Source: Ptychomitrium polyphyllum
Taxonomy: Eukaryota
Length of the DNA stretch: 64,000 nucleotides
Assembly (NCBI GenBank): GCA_973851085.1
Contig: OZ316776.1
Span: 9,672,001-9,736,000, forward strand
Reading direction: 5' to 3'
A program made the position numbers and the translations under genes. Under the pieces are notes generated by a model. That model saw only the letters and a program-made list of their open reading frames with translations. It did no database searches and was not told where the DNA came from. Below are positions 11,659-26,144 of this stretch, piece by piece (the first letter of the stretch is position 1; each line of letters starts with the position of its first letter).

Positions 11659-14360
11659 ATGACCACCATGTTTTCGAAGCTTTCAAAGTTTAGGTCTACG
11701 AGCTCTTCGCGAAATGGCTCACATCGCTCGCCTCAGGTATCTTCCTCTCCTCCTCACAATTCTTTAGTTCAGAGAAACTCAATCTCGAAACTGCCCAAGG
11801 CATGTAGATGCTCAAGTTATAACCACCACAGATTTGTAGCTCTTGATAGGATAGAGAGTTTATATACTGTTTTGTTACTGTTGGCAGAGCATAGATCATC
11901 ACTACAGCCATGATGACATCGAGTACAGCAGATACAGCTTCGGCAGTGGCATGCTGTATCCAACGGAGAGTCCACCGGGAGTTCCCATCGCAGCGCCTCT
12001 TGTCCATCTGATTCCCAGACCTAGCTTTTCGCCCTTGGGTAATACCAGAATGCCAATCCCATCTGTTGCACCATTGATAGAGAATTGCGGCTTCGACAGC
12101 GTTGAGAACGTATCTTTCGCAGAACGCTTGTTTCCCATTACTCCTCCATGCCAAGTGCTTCTAGAACGCAGATTAAGCCACGAAGGCTTCATGAGTGATG
12201 ACGACTTGTTCCTACCCAGTGCCGACTTCTCACTCGATCCATCAGAGTCACCCTTTGGATATGATTTGATTAAGCAGGTTGAGGATGGAAGGAGGAGCGC
12301 GGACAAGGCAGTGATCAAGAAGTCATGGTCAACGAAGGATATTGGTAATGGCAGGAGGAGCGTGGACATAGCGATGATCACGGAGTCGTGGTCTTCGCAA
12401 GAGGTTGAGAATCAGAGGAATGTGGATTTCCAGGCAATGAGCAAGAAGTCATGGTCATCGCAAGATAGTGAGAGTTTTAGTGACTCGTTAATCAACAGGG
12501 GGAGCAGCTTTGAACACAATAACGACGTAACGATTGAAAGCAGGAGAGCGATCTGGGAGGCAAGTTACAAACAAGTCTGGGTGCCCGACAGATTGGAAAG
12601 AGGGGCAACGAGGAGCTGGCCGTCGTCTTTGCAGCTGGAGGAAGAAATTGATATTTTCACAGCTCTGTTGCCTCCAAACGAAGACGCCGAAGAAGAGTTT
12701 TTGGATGAATTTGAGGACTACTTCAATAACCTGCAGGTTGACAATGTGCGCCGCATCCAGTACCCTAAGCTGGAGCTTGAAAATATTGCCTACCTAGACT
12801 ACGCGAACTTCTCCCTTTTCTCCAATTTTCAGGTGTGCTCATTTGTCATCTGTGTGCGACTTTCGATTGTTTGATTTGTTTGGGGGTTTGATTGGAAATA
12901 GTTTGATTGACTTTGTTTCTGGAAAATAGAGAGCATTGATTAGGGGTTATTTTTTTCTCAGGTGGAAGAACATCTGAAAATTCTCTTAGCACACGGACCT
13001 TGTCTAGGTTCTGCATCCTTCTCCTCGTCCTCGGACAATCCTCTCTTCAAACATGTGGCAGATACTCAGAACCGCCTCCTGCGCATGCTCAACACAACAC
13101 CGAACCACTACTCTATCATCTTCACAGCCGGATTTCAAGAAAGCTTCCGCTTAGTTGCGGAGGCTTACCCCTTCCAGAAGGGCAGTCCTCTTCTCGTGTG
13201 TCAAGACAACCACGCTGTCGTTCGTCAGGTTTTACGAATATTGCCCCTGAATGTGATCATTGTTTTGCGCCTACCTTTGAACGAATCCATTACAAGAGTG
13301 TTGCATCTCGTTGACATTATAAATGTTGTTGTTCCACTTTTAGGTCATACAATCGGCCCAAAGGGCAGGAGGAAAGTCCATACTCTTCCCAGTTACAGAG
13401 AATGAACTTTGTTTCCGCAGCCACGACCTCCATAAACAATTGCGCCAAACAGGGCGACTGAGTGTCGGACTCACAAACAACGGCGGCCTCTTCATCTATC
13501 CCGCTCAGTCAAACCTCTCTGGAATGAAGCACTCTCTTGGTTGGGTAGTGGAAGCACAGCAAAACGGGTGGAATGTGTGCTTAGACGTTTCCACATTCCT
13601 GCCGACGAGCGCTATCGACCTAGATATCCACCAGCCAGATATCGTCGTTGGCTCATTTCACCATATGATCGGCTACCCTTCCGGAATGGGCTTCCTCCTC
13701 GTACGGCGCGAGTCATTCTGCGTACAAGCTTCGCCCTCGGGCGATAGGGTGCAGTTTCTCCGCAACAAACCAGCGAACGAAGGCAAACAGTGCCACATTA
13801 TGTGTTCAGCCGACAATACCATGAACCTCCTCCAATTTGCAGCTCTAAACCTCGGCTTAATCCAGCTCGAACATATCGGCTTCACTGCAATACAGAAACG
13901 AGTACGGTCCCTAGCGGAGTGGCTCGTCCAGCGGCTGCGCATCCTAAAACACAAAGATGGCGATCAAACGTACCTCCTGCGTATTTACGGCTCCCACGCA
14001 GCAAAGGACCGTGGTAGCATCGTCTCCTTTAACGTGGTGGATTCCTCAGGCACTATACTTCCTCCAGACATTGTTCTCAAGCTCGCTGCGAGATGCAACA
14101 TCCAGCTCTCCGTTGGCAACTTCCACAACCCGGGGCTGTCAAATATCTTGGAAGGGCAACCAAGGGAGAGACCCGTTAAAGATTGCAGTGTCTTCGAAGG
14201 AGTCTCAGGGTTCACGGCTGTGCGCGCTTCCTTTGGAGCTGTCTCCAACTTCGCAGATGTGTATAGACTAGTGCAGTTCCTGTCGAGGTTTAGAGATGAG
14301 GAATTTCTTGCAAGTGAAGCGATCGACTTTGTTGAGGAACGGTTTTATCAGACACAGTGA
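11659..14360 (+). CDS. Molybdenum cofactor sulfurase-like / aminotransferase class V PLP-fold protein without a MOSC domain (~768 aa); exons 11659-11736, 11888-12832, 12962-13228, 13344-14360
   Basis: Motifs AYLDYANFSLFS, YSIIFTA, VAEAYPF, LFIYPAQSNLSGMKHSLGW, WNVCLD, PDIVVGSFHHMIGYPSGMGFLLVR, DRGSIVSFNV and AVRASFGAVSNFADVYRLVQFL. All three GT-AG introns are phase 0 and in frame. Confidence 0.88.
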
Positions 14361-17300
14361 CGATGCAGCTGGGTGTCACCATCGAGTGCATCTTCTCACC
14401 ATGCTGGGAATCCGGGATGAGCTGCTAAGAGTGATCGAGAAAATCTGGGAGAAAACGATTTAATGTCCAGCAGCACATGCAGGGTTGAAGGTGAGAACCA
14501 CGCTCTACATTTATTCGTTTGTTTCTGATTTATCAATGTAAGCAGATATTTGTCCAAACATATATATAAGGTCAGGTTTGATTGCTGACAGAAGTTAACT
14601 TCACAAAAGGTTTAGCCATGTTTGATTGCTTACTCGAGCTTGTTTAATCTAATAGTTTCGTCTGGTTTAGCTTGCTAGGATAACCTCACATAGATAGTTG
14701 ACTCGTGTTTTGGTTGCCAACAGAAGCTAATTCAAATGGTTTAGTCATGCTTTGATTGCTACTGAAGATAATACAAACAGTTGTCAACAGAAGCTATTTG
14801 CTGAAACCAGATGGTCGCGTATGTTCGCAGCTTTTTGGTTAGCCGCTGGCAATTCTGTTTGGAGAATTGTCGACAAGGATCCAATCACTTGTATGGTCTG
14901 AGACTCTTGAGGTCGGCTGTAAGAATATCGATGAATCATATGAGCAGATTCTACAAAATTCAGGAGGTTTTCTGTATCAGGTGGCATCTGTACCTGCTTT
15001 AAGATTGTGATGGAGTAGTTTGTGGTGATCAGTTCCTTCTAGGCTTATTATTGTTGAGTTATTATTCTTTGTCATTACTCTTTGTAGGGCGGGTAGGTAT
15101 ATAACACTGATTTTTGTTGTGGGATTAGTTGCTAATAGGCCTGATTGCTATTTCACCATCACAAACTTATGAATAAGTATTATTGTTAAATATCAAATTT
15201 TACTTTTTTTTAACTTTGATTGTCCATTTCCAAAAATACTTCGTATTTTTTGGTTGTCATTCCACTAAGTTAGGATTTTGTGGTTATTTGCCAAGATTCA
15301 TGATTGATTCACTATCAAAAATACTTTCCAATATTAGGTTTAAACTTAAAGAGTGATTATAGTTGAAACATGTAACTTTGTTGCTTATATAGAAATTCTT
15401 AGGGAGTGTTGCTTTTGTTATGAGTATTGAAGGTAAAACATGCACTATTTTTATATTTGAAATTATTGCACAACAATTTAACAAATTATAAGAAAATGAA
15501 AGAAAATCCAATACTTCCCTAAATTTTGAAACGACCATCTTGTAAGTCACTTTTGCAAAAAATTCTTATATAACATAGAATCATCAAAGTTAAAGAGTAT
15601 AATCACAAATTTCATTTAAATATGTACAATATATAATATGAGTTTTAAATCCAAACAATGGATCAAGATATCTAAGAAAGCAAGACAATGTATATTTAAA
15701 TAAATGAAATCATAGATAAATGCACAATTGAGCTTTTTGGAATTTAAAGCCTTAATATTAGTAAATCCTAAGAGTTATAGTACATCCTTCTATAATCTAA
15801 ATTAATAAAAAGTAATACATATATGGATGAAGTTTTTTTATTTTTTTATTTTATTAAACAGTTTAAATTTATTGTGTGGAGTTCTTAGAAGTACTTATCT
15901 TATATTTTAACCTTACTAAATATTGAAAAAATTGTTTAAGCTACATAGCTCAAATTTAATGAAAACCAATTGCTTAAGATGTCATATCTTATCCAAACCT
16001 TATGTCCTGTTTTGATTTTTAGTTACTTCAATTTAAAGCTTCAATTGTTTTCATAATATTGCATCTGATTACAAGAACATACTTGCTTTGGATTAAGTAT
16101 CAAAATTATACATACAATAACAAAATGCAATATCCAACTAAAATTTGAGTATTTTCACAAATTAAACATGAAATTCATTGTTTAAAACAACCAATGCTTA
16201 TAACCATGAATTATTCAAAATTTAATATTTTTATAGATAGGTTAACTAAAAGCTACTAATATTTCCACTACTATTCATTCCATCATCGAGGTATCGAGTT
16301 TCCACATGTGGTATATGGGGCAATGATAAATCGCTTGTAGTCGCACTAATTGGTTATTTTTTCCATGACATTTTTTCTTCAAACCCAGTACTTTAGTTGT
16401 TCTGCGTTAAATTTTTAATAGTCATGAATTTTTTTATTTTAGGTTTTTTTTTTTAATGTATACTTTTTAATATATTAATTTCATTTTTTTTAGTTTTATT
16501 TATTTAGTTAATTTCATTTTTTTGAAGTATTAAAAAAATTTGATTTAAAAAAGTAATTATAAAAAAACAATTTTAATGAATGTCCTAAAATATTACAAAA
16601 AATTTCTTTAGCTAATAATTGAATTAAAAATGATATTGGAGTAATAGAGTAAAGTTCTTTTTTTATAATATGATTTTTTTTAAAATTATGTAGCATTTTA
16701 GTTTCAATTAAAATCTTTTTTGTTTGAATACTAAAAAGATATCCTAAAAAAGAAATAGACTTTTGACTTTAATTTAGTTATAAGCAATTATGAAATGCAT
16801 CATTTGCAAAAAATTAAGCATTACTTAGAGATCAATGATGCTTATAATACCAAATTTAAAGTTTAAATAATACTTGACAAATATGTTAAATATATATAAT
16901 TATTGCATTGTGAATTATAAAGTATTTTTTACTACCAAAAGTTAAAATTGGTTATTATTTTGATGAAATGTTGTTGTAAACTATTATTCAATGAATATAT
17001 GAGTGACATATTATTTGTATTAAGCTAACATTTTTATATTAAATAAAAAATTAATATATTAATCAAAAACCTTCAATAATTCTTTATCAAAACCTTAAAT
17101 AATATCTTATTGTAAAGCTATTAAGATGATGCACATCTAATTTATAAAATCTAAAATAAAAAATTCCTCAAAATTTCTAAAGATATTTATTTTCTTTATT
17201 CAATAATATTTGAAGAGCTAAATTCTTATTTTTCAATTTGAATAATTATTAGATAAAAATGAATTGAATCTAATCTTTGCATAATATAACATTGAACCCA

Positions 17301-17804
17301 TATGTAACATATATATTGATAAATCAATTTGATAGCCAACATGCATTCATTTCACAAATGAAACAAAATTTCAAACACTTCATCTTTCATCTTATATATT
17401 CTATAAGACCAAAGAATGGTCTATTTTGATAATTTTGTATTTCACACGTAATAAAATTAAAAAGTTGATTAAAAAAGTAAAGATAATTTTTGATATGATT
17501 TATGTTTCAAACACTAAATTGTAAAGTTTTTGAATCATGAGGGAATCTAAAGAATAACTGTACTTTTGTAACACATTTGGAAACCCTAGAAGGCTAGATT
17601 TCGTAATTTACATATGGTGACTTATGCTGACTAAAAGAAGAAGAAAGTTAAAGTAAAACATGATTTAGTATTTTACTGTAACTTTCTTGTCACGTTACTT
17701 TAAAATTTGACAAGAGCACAGTCAAGGCGTCTCTTCTTTGTAAAAATGTAACAATTAGACCACAGAGAAATATATATACAGATAAATAATGTGCCAAGTT
17801 GTTC

Positions 17805-20800
17805 TCATTGATCTTGATACTCAGGTTTCAAAACCCACTTTGACTCCTGCGATCCTTTTTGCAAAACTGCTATTTGTTTCAATAGCTGTCGAAACAAAGG
17901 TACATCACGATTTGAGATACGATCCCTGAATTGATTGACAACATGCGAAGATGCAGCACTCCCACCCTCTTTTTGAATGAAAGTGCACAACTGCCGAATA
18001 AGGACTTCCGGCTGAACAGGTGGTATCTGTCCATTTCTTCCTGCAGCGGAAGGTGGTCTACTGACAGTAGGCCTACTACTAGGACCCCCATTGGGTTCAC
18101 TCCTACTTGCACCTGCAAATCACACATACAGTTTAATCACGAGAAACCCACTTTGAACTCGTAACCAAAAGGCATTCAAAAACGGTAACATTTGAACAGA
18201 AACTTGCTTTTAAACTGTTCTACATAAGATGCGATTGAATATGAATTTATAATGAGATGCCTTGCCTGGACTATCAAGCTTCCTCTCCCGAACTCTGGCA
18301 AGAAGGTCAGCAGACGTGAAAGCCCTGCCAGCGGAAGCACCAGCGAGGCTGCTCCCCACTGCAGGCTGCTGACCAGTTTCACCACTCCTTGTTTGATTCT
18401 GCAAGGAAGCAGACGAAGATGCAACCAAGCGGGTATTAGAAGTAGAACCAAATCTTTGCCGCACAGCGGCAGGAGCTCCAGCGGTGCCCGAGCGGCCAGT
18501 CCATGTGGGCACCGCAACATTTTCTACGCTGCGCAACCTGCGAGATTGCTGAAGTGCAAGCGCTGCTCGCTCTGCAACTCGGCTTGCTTCAAGGTCAATC
18601 ATCGCCTTCTCAGATTCGTGCACTCCGAGTATGGCATCATGATCCATTGCAGACTGTTCCACAACCCACACACGATAGAAGGCACCCACTAAGAAAATCA
18701 GCAAGCATTTTGTCAGTAAATAGTCAAGTGTCCATAACTCAATTCAACCGATTTTAGGTGAGAAAACGGCTTTGTAAATCTCAGATAATACACATGAATA
18801 AAAAGATTATCAATCACAGCATTGACTAACTGGTATTATGGCTAACTTAAGAGAGAAAGAATAGACTACTAAACGAATCCTCATTGAAGCCCCAACCCAA
18901 CCAGTTCCAAAGAGGTACCAACATTTGAGTGACGAGTAACAACTCAATAAAACAAGAGCTAGAACATTCAGTTGCTTACATGAATGCCATTGGCTTCAAA
19001 AAGGCTTTTTAGTATTCTTGATTCCTCTTCTTGTGGCTCCCCATCCTCTTCTTTGAGTTTGCCCTTCTGGTTCAGACCATCCTTGTTCAAAGCCTTTTCT
19101 TCTGAGTCGTTAGTTTTCTTCGGTCTCTGCCTTCCATCCTCCCCCCTGCCCTGAACGTTTCTATCTACTTCCTTCCCGTCATCTTCGATCTCAATATTAC
19201 CACCTACCTCTGCAAATAATGTCGATGTTTCTGTCACAGCATTCTCTTCTTGAAGGGTAAAAAGATCACGCATATCCCTTGCTTTAAAAAAACGGCGCTG
19301 TTGTGGATCACGCAGAATCTTATTCGTCAAAAAATGCTTGTAGATCTGTCGGTGGTATACTTTCTCTTCAATAGTGCCTCGAGTAATAAGACGATAAATG
19401 ACAACTTCTTTCGTTTGTCCTATGCGCCAAGCTCGCTCTCTAGCCTGCAATGCATTCATCACAACTGATCATGCCAATAAAACCTCTTATGTGACACATA
19501 ACTTTGAAAAACCAAAGGCTGTTAAGAAATTAGATGCGAAGGCGTCCAATCTGAAAGTCTACCACAATCCGTACACAAATAAAGGTGTACCTGCATATCT
19601 GTTGAAGGATTCCAGTCAGGGTCAAAAATGACCACACGGTTGGCACCGATAAGGTTCGTTCCAAGACCTCCGACCTTAGTAGTCAGAATGAAGATAAACA
19701 CATGATCGCCCTCATTAAACTCGTCAATCAATGCCATTCGTTGCTTGATTGGGGTGTTCCCATCCATTCGTCGATAGACAAAGCCCTTCGTAGAAGCATA
19801 CCTCTCAAGAATATCCAGCATTTGCTGAGTTTGTGTAAACAGGAGTACTCTGTGTCCTTGGGCTTTCCATAAATCCAAGACCTGAGCAAGCACTACAAGC
19901 TTTCCACTGCGTTCAGGATTCCCGTAATCAGGATGAGCAGAGCTTTGTTCTCTTTCCAAAAGATCAGGATGATTACATATCTTCCGTAAGACATCGATAC
20001 CAAAAAGTGAGTTCCGGCTGCCATCGAAGATCTGCTCCACTTCTGAACTGGCCAGAAATGCCCGATAAGCTGCTCGCTGATCTTTTGTTAAACTACAAAA
20101 TAATACGTGCTCAGTCTTCTTCGGAAGCTGTGCATCCACATCTGACTTCATTCGTCGGAGCAGGTAAGGCATAATTAAGTCACGGAGCACAACTGCACAT
20201 CGATAAGCTGTTGATACCTGCAGAGGAGTCGCATTGGAATATCCCCCAATTGCGATTGGCAACGAGAACTGAGCCTGAAATACGGGCAGCACACCCAACT
20301 TCCCGGGGAAAACGAAGTCAAAGAGAGACCATAGTTCTGTAAGCCTGTTCTGAATAGGAGCACCTGTCATGATGATCCGGTGAACTGTTTGCAACTGCTT
20401 GCAGACCAAAGTGATTGCTGCATCAGGGTTTCGTATTCGATGCCCCTCATCCAGAATAGCATATCCCCAATTGATGTCCAACAATTTCTCTCTTACAATG
20501 CGCAGCTGTTCGTAAGTGGTCAAAATAACGCCATTTGAGGATAGCAGTACTCTATCTATCATGGCATTCCACCTGTTCTCTTTCTTTATTGCCACAGCTT
20601 TCTCTTGCAGCTCCTCTTCGCTGACGACGGATTCCTCTTCGTCATAATCATCGTCCAATCCCTGCCTAGACCTTTTTTTCTTCTTTTTGCTGGTCTTCTG
20701 TGGCGAAAACAGGCCAGAATCATGCAAGATTTCCACATTGAAAGCAGGGTACCACTTTTTGGCTTCACGCTTCCACTGGCGGAGGAGCGTAACAGGGCAA

Positions 20801-23113
20801 ATAACAATACTAGGGGTGTACATTCCACTATTGTGTAAACCTGCTAGGAACACTAAAACCTGTATGGTTTTCCCCAAGCCCATTTCATCCCCAATGATCC
20901 CACCTGCTTTTTGACAGTGAAGCTCCCACAACCACTTCACTCCAGTCTTCTGATAATCGAAAAGCCTATTGTAAATTTTAGCCGGTATCTTCAGTCCACC
21001 ATCGAGTTCAACATCTTCTTCACTGAGGCCTTCCTCCTCTTCAGAACCATCCTGATGCTTCACCAGAGCCTTGCTCCCCTTAGTGCGCTTCTTAGGACGC
21101 TCTTCTTCATCTTCACTCCAGCTCTCTTCACATGCCAATAATTCTCCAAAATAAGTTAAGAACAACTAAATAAGTATCAACAATCCTTCAAATAATCCAG
21201 AAAAAATCAATATTGTGATCAGTATCTATGAACGCCTACCATCCTCCTCATCAACATCGAAATCTTCATCATCACTTAATTCCATGGCCCTCTTTCTCCA
21301 CTTCTTTTCGGCTTGTGGTCGCTTTAGCCTCTTTCCACCCTTCGTCTTGACTTTCTGCTGTCCTTCCTCCGCTTCAGTGCGGGTTCTCAAGGGTACCCGC
21401 AAACGTCGGAACTCTCGCGTAGGAGGCTCCTGACTTGGAAGCTCAGAAGCATCAAGCAACTTGCTGGTGGGCCTGAACATGGCAGCGGCAGCCAGGGATG
21501 ACGCCAAATTGGCAGCAGCTTTTTTGGCTCGAATCTCATCTTCAGTTTCAGGCTTTGGAGCTCTTTGAACCTTGCGTTCAAAACCTTTTACCCTGTCGAA
21601 TGGTGTCAGCATGCCAGTGCGGATCAACCTGTCACGTTCCTGCCACACATGATGTTATGTTCACATTCCAGATGCTTACGGAAGGTATATTTCACTCACC
21701 TCAAATACCTTGAGCACGTACCCTAACATGAAGACTGCAATTTTCAAACAAGGGAAACAGGCACAATATACTACATAAGCGTCACATTTCGCGGCTTATC
21801 TGAAGTACTGTATCTATGTGGACACAATTGCTACGGATCAACTCTTGCCACAGACTTTTTAAGAATTGTACTGCAGCATTCACGCCTACATAGTGCAGTC
21901 ATAGAAGCAATGCAATTGCAATATTGACTTTACGACACACCATCAGAAGTCATCAGTCCCGTTAGTGCCTCCTGACTCATCACTCCGCACTTAGAATTTG
22001 CAGGACTTCTACGTTCTAACTTCTTTCACGAGCACACCACGAAGTCAGTCTGTTGTTTGATACACTAGTTGCAACTATTACCACCAACATTGATCCTTCA
22101 ATTGCCAAAGCCGTAAAATGCTTACAGTTTCCATCAACCCTGATGCAGCATCCAACGCAGCATCAAAGTCGTCATCCTGAACAAAGGAAACTGCCTTCTT
22201 AACAGGCTTTGGTGGCGCCGCCATTTCCACCTCCACTTTCTTCTTCCCCTTTCGTTTACTAGCCACAGCTTGCGAAGTGTCTTCAATGAGGGTTCGTATA
22301 ACATCATCATCCTCTTGTTCTTGTTTGTTCAAGGCTCTCAATTGGGCTCTCAAGTTTTTTTTCTTCTTCAACAAACTCTTGAGCCGATCCTGTGCCAAGG
22401 CATGATGCAAAGCTGCCCCCCTCACGACGGCGCCATCAGGATTCTCCCCATCCTGCTCCTCGTCCAACAAAAGCCCCTCATCACTGTCAATTCTCAAGCT
22501 TTCCACCACGGCCTCATCCACCGACGCTTGAAACGCCTGCGCTCCATCGGCAACAGCCTCTATTTCCCGATTCAATGCAGACAACTGCTTCTGCAAGCGG
22601 AAACGCAGAAGAGCATGGGCATCCTCCCCGTAGTCATCCTGCTCTCCTACCTCCTCATCTTCATCATCACTGCTCCCGAAAACCTCACGAACCTTCTTAC
22701 TCTCACGCGCTTTCTGCTTCACCTGCTTCCACACATCGCAAACAATCAACCATTTCAAAATCCCACCACCCAATTCCTTCCAAATCCAAAGAAGAAAAAA
22801 CTAAACTAAACTAAAACCACCGCAGCTCAAATACTCAATCCCTAAAACCACCAATTCCCAATCAACTCGAAATTCTCCTATACAAAACTCCTGTAACACC
22901 ACAATTGACACAAATCCACTCACAGAAACCCTAACTCACAGAGAAACGAAAAAACAGAGCAAGTGACGCAACAGACACAAAACTCACCTGAGCTAGAAGC
23001 GCCCGCTCTATATCGTCAGGGTTGGCAGCAGTGACGCCCAAAGTGGACAGCAGCGCCGCATCGTCCTGGACTTCCTGCGACTCCCCAGCCGCTTCATCAC
23101 AACCTCTCTCCAT
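17805..23113 (-). CDS. CHR8: Cockayne syndrome B / ERCC6 / Rad26-like SNF2 ATPase (CHROMATIN REMODELING 8), multi-exon
   Basis: Motifs [119 protein letters not shown], and a C-terminal winged helix (FRQLLKQIA...WVLKPEY). First exons are 23113-22988, 22722-22126 and 21639-21240. Confidence 0.95.
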
Positions 23114-24985
23114 CAGAACACACAGTGAATCTGCAACTACAGACTACGCAAACCATCTGCTGGAACTCTCAACAAACTCCACCATGGCTGCTGCTGCTCC
23201 AGCGCAGATCTTCGCAGACTCGAAAGCAATCCATTTCGCCATGGCGCATGAGGTCGTGCACGGCGATCATCTGGTCACCGACGCCGATCTCCCAAGCACA
23301 GCAAGCCTATTGGTGTGCACTGCGGCTGCTCTTGGTTTCATGACCACACAGCAACTTCACGGCGTGAGACTCTTTGCCTCACTATCACAGTGGTATCACA
23401 TAGCTATCATCCGGGTATACACCCGTATCACAAGAGCATCACCTAGGTAACGGCGATGAGCTCCCGTTAAGGGTTTTAAGCGGCTTGTCGAAGAAGAAAG
23501 GCAGTGTGGTGGAAAGAAGAAAGGTGGGGGCAGTGATGGTGAGAAAATGGAGGGATTTTGAGGACGATTTGGGAAGGGACGTGGGGGTTATGGTAAAAGA
23601 TGACATGTGAGAGCTGGTGGAAAGAAGGGGTGATGTGGAGCTTTGAATGACCAGAACCTGGAGCGTCCTGAAAGGGAATTTGAGGGGGCCTGTCTGTGCG
23701 ACACTTGGCTGTCTGGGGAGGGATCAGGCACACCGGAAAGTCTAGTTACTATGCTTTTATTTTTATTTACTCAAGGTTCTAGTGAATGACAGAGAGAATT
23801 TTTCGCCTTGAACATTTTGAGAAAGTCTTTTAATAATAAAATTATCAACATAAATGTTTGAGATTAAAAATATCATTTTTAGCAAAGTATTAGAATTTTT
23901 AAATAATCAAACATAAATGCAACATTTTTTGGTGTAATTGCTCATGGAATATGCTTATGGAAATCCATAGAAGGAAGGTATTGGAAAAAAAATTTATAAA
24001 AAGGAGGTATCTAACATAGTTAGTAGTCTAAAATGGTTGTTTGTTATCTATTCTAAAATGGTTGTAAAAGAACCTATATATATTGCTCCTCAACCTTTTT
24101 CTTAATTTTCCATAAGTGTAAGTTTGAGTCTTACAAGATGGAAAATGATATAATAAATTTAAAATAAATTTGATCCAATACTTTTTATAAGACCATAACA
24201 AATTTCTTTATCCAAATAGAATAAATCAATAGTAAATGAAAATATTAAAATCAACAACCAAGAATCATTTTTAAACACCATAAATCATGATTCTAAATTT
24301 TCAATTCATATTTTAATCCTAAAACATACATGAATTTTATAGAGGTTAAAAAAACTAAAAACCTTAGTATTTAAAAATATGTTTTCTTTAATAGTTTAAT
24401 ACTTAGAATATCTTATAACAAATTGGTTTCATTGATATCATATTAGATAGTAGAAATGATGTTAAGATCATGCAAAAAAATCTAGAACAAAACTAATTTT
24501 GCATCTATCATAGCTTAGTGATTTTATTTTCACAACCTCAAAGCCATCTACTATCATTTGATTCACTGCAAGAAATTTAAAAAAGCCTATAAGATATTGG
24601 TTTCAAATGTTAAAAAGAAGCCAATAAAGGCCTATTGCTTGGTATGTGTAAAATTAAAAAGTAAAAAGTATAAGAATTAAAATTAAATAGGTATCTAAAA
24701 TGGCCATTTTTGCATATTAAACTTAAATAAAATCATTTAATTGGTACATGGATGGAGTTAAAATATGAAAGATAATTAACTATTGGAATTGTTTTAACAT
24801 AATGTATGCATTGTAATGTAATCAATAATTATAATCAATAAACTTAACTTTGATACATAATAAAGCTATAATTGTAAAATTGGACACAAATTTAGGTAAC
24901 AATATGATTCTATTGCTACTTGAAGGAACCAAAAGTAAAGAAATTTAAAATAAAATATTGAAGGTTAAACTTGTATGTGTGTATG

Positions 24986-26142
24986 TGTTACTAACACAAA
25001 TCATGCAACATAGTCTTTACAACATTCTAGAACCTTTTAGTATACTATAAAAGCTTCTTAAAATACTTAAATGTCTCCATAGCCTTTTTATGTTCTTAAG
25101 AAGCTTCCTAAAAAAGGTCCTCCACCTTAGGAAACTTCCTAGGAAAGTTCTATCTCTTTAGAAAACTTCCTAAGAAGGTTCCGCTACCTTAAGAAACTTC
25201 CAAGGAAGATTCCCATTCCTTGGAAGCTTCTTAGGAATGTTCCAACATCTTAGAAAACTTCTTGGGAAGGTTCCTTAAACTTCCAAAACATTCTAAAGCC
25301 TTGTAGGAAGCTTCTTTAGAAGTATCCTAGGAAATGTCATGGACATAGATCATGCAACATAGTCTTTAGAACATTCTAGAACCTTCTAGTATACTAAAAT
25401 AGCTTCTTAGAATACTTTTAGATGTTTCCATAATCTTTCTATGTTTTTAGGAAGCTTCCTAGGAAAGTTCCTCCACCTTAAGAAACTTCATAGGAAGGTT
25501 CTAGCATCTTAGGTAACTTCCTAGGAAACTTCCTAGGAAGGTTCCACTACTTTCGGAAACTTCCAAGGAAGGTTCCATCATCTTAGGAAACTTCCTAGGA
25601 ATGTTCTATTTCTTTAGGAAACTTCCAAGGAAGGTTCCAACTCCTTGGAAGGCTCTTAAGAAGGTTCCAATATCTTATGAAACTTCTTGGGGAGGTTCCC
25701 TAGACTTCCAGAACATTCTTAAGCCTTGTAAAAAGCTTCTTTAGAAGTATCCTAGGAGATACAAACGTCATAGTATAAATAGGAGGCAAGACAAGGTATT
25801 CCTTAGTCTTACCAACACAAGTTGTGGATCATCTTGAATCCTGCCTTGTTCTAGTCTTTGTATCAAGTTCTTGTTAATTATTCGCTCTTTGGAAGCTAAT
25901 TCTTGAGAAACACTTTGTTTTTGCTTCTTGTTTCTTGTGTCCCTAACAGGAAATACAAACGTCGTAGTATAAATTGGAGGCAAGACAAGGTATTCCTTAG
26001 TCTTGCCAACACAAGTTGTAAGTCATCTTGAATTTTGCCTTGTTCTAGTCTTTGTATCAAGTTCTTGTTAATCATTAGTTCTTTAGAAGCTAATTCTTGG
26101 GAAACACTTTGGTTCTGCTTCTTGTTTCTTGTGTTCCTAATA
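24986..26142 (+). repeat. 5' LTR of the chromovirus (contains nested solo LTR)
   Basis: 24986-25334 plus 25954-26142 is colinear with the 3' LTR 31562-32099. TATAAA at 25968. Confidence 0.9.
25335..25948 (+). mobile_element. Solo LTR nested within the 5' LTR
   Basis: Runs tgtcatggac...ccctaaca and is flanked by a perfect TSD GGAAA (25330-25334, 25949-25953). The 3' LTR has a single GGAAA at the equivalent site. Confidence 0.9.
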
Positions 26143-26144
26143 GT

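Noticed and set aside
14585..14800. Two to three degenerate ~45-bp repeats (acagaag.taa...ggtttag.catg.ttgattgct) downstream of the PLP-fold gene
   Set aside because: Real but short and decayed; no function or element structure can be supported.
15000..17700. Very AT-rich spacer with small ORFs
   Set aside because: The ORFs are compositional noise. It may be old TE debris, but no termini or domains were recognised.
25080..25760. Regularly spaced palindromic repeats superficially like a CRISPR array
   Set aside because: They are internal U3 repeats of LTRs in eukaryotic DNA, with no unique spacers and no cas genes.
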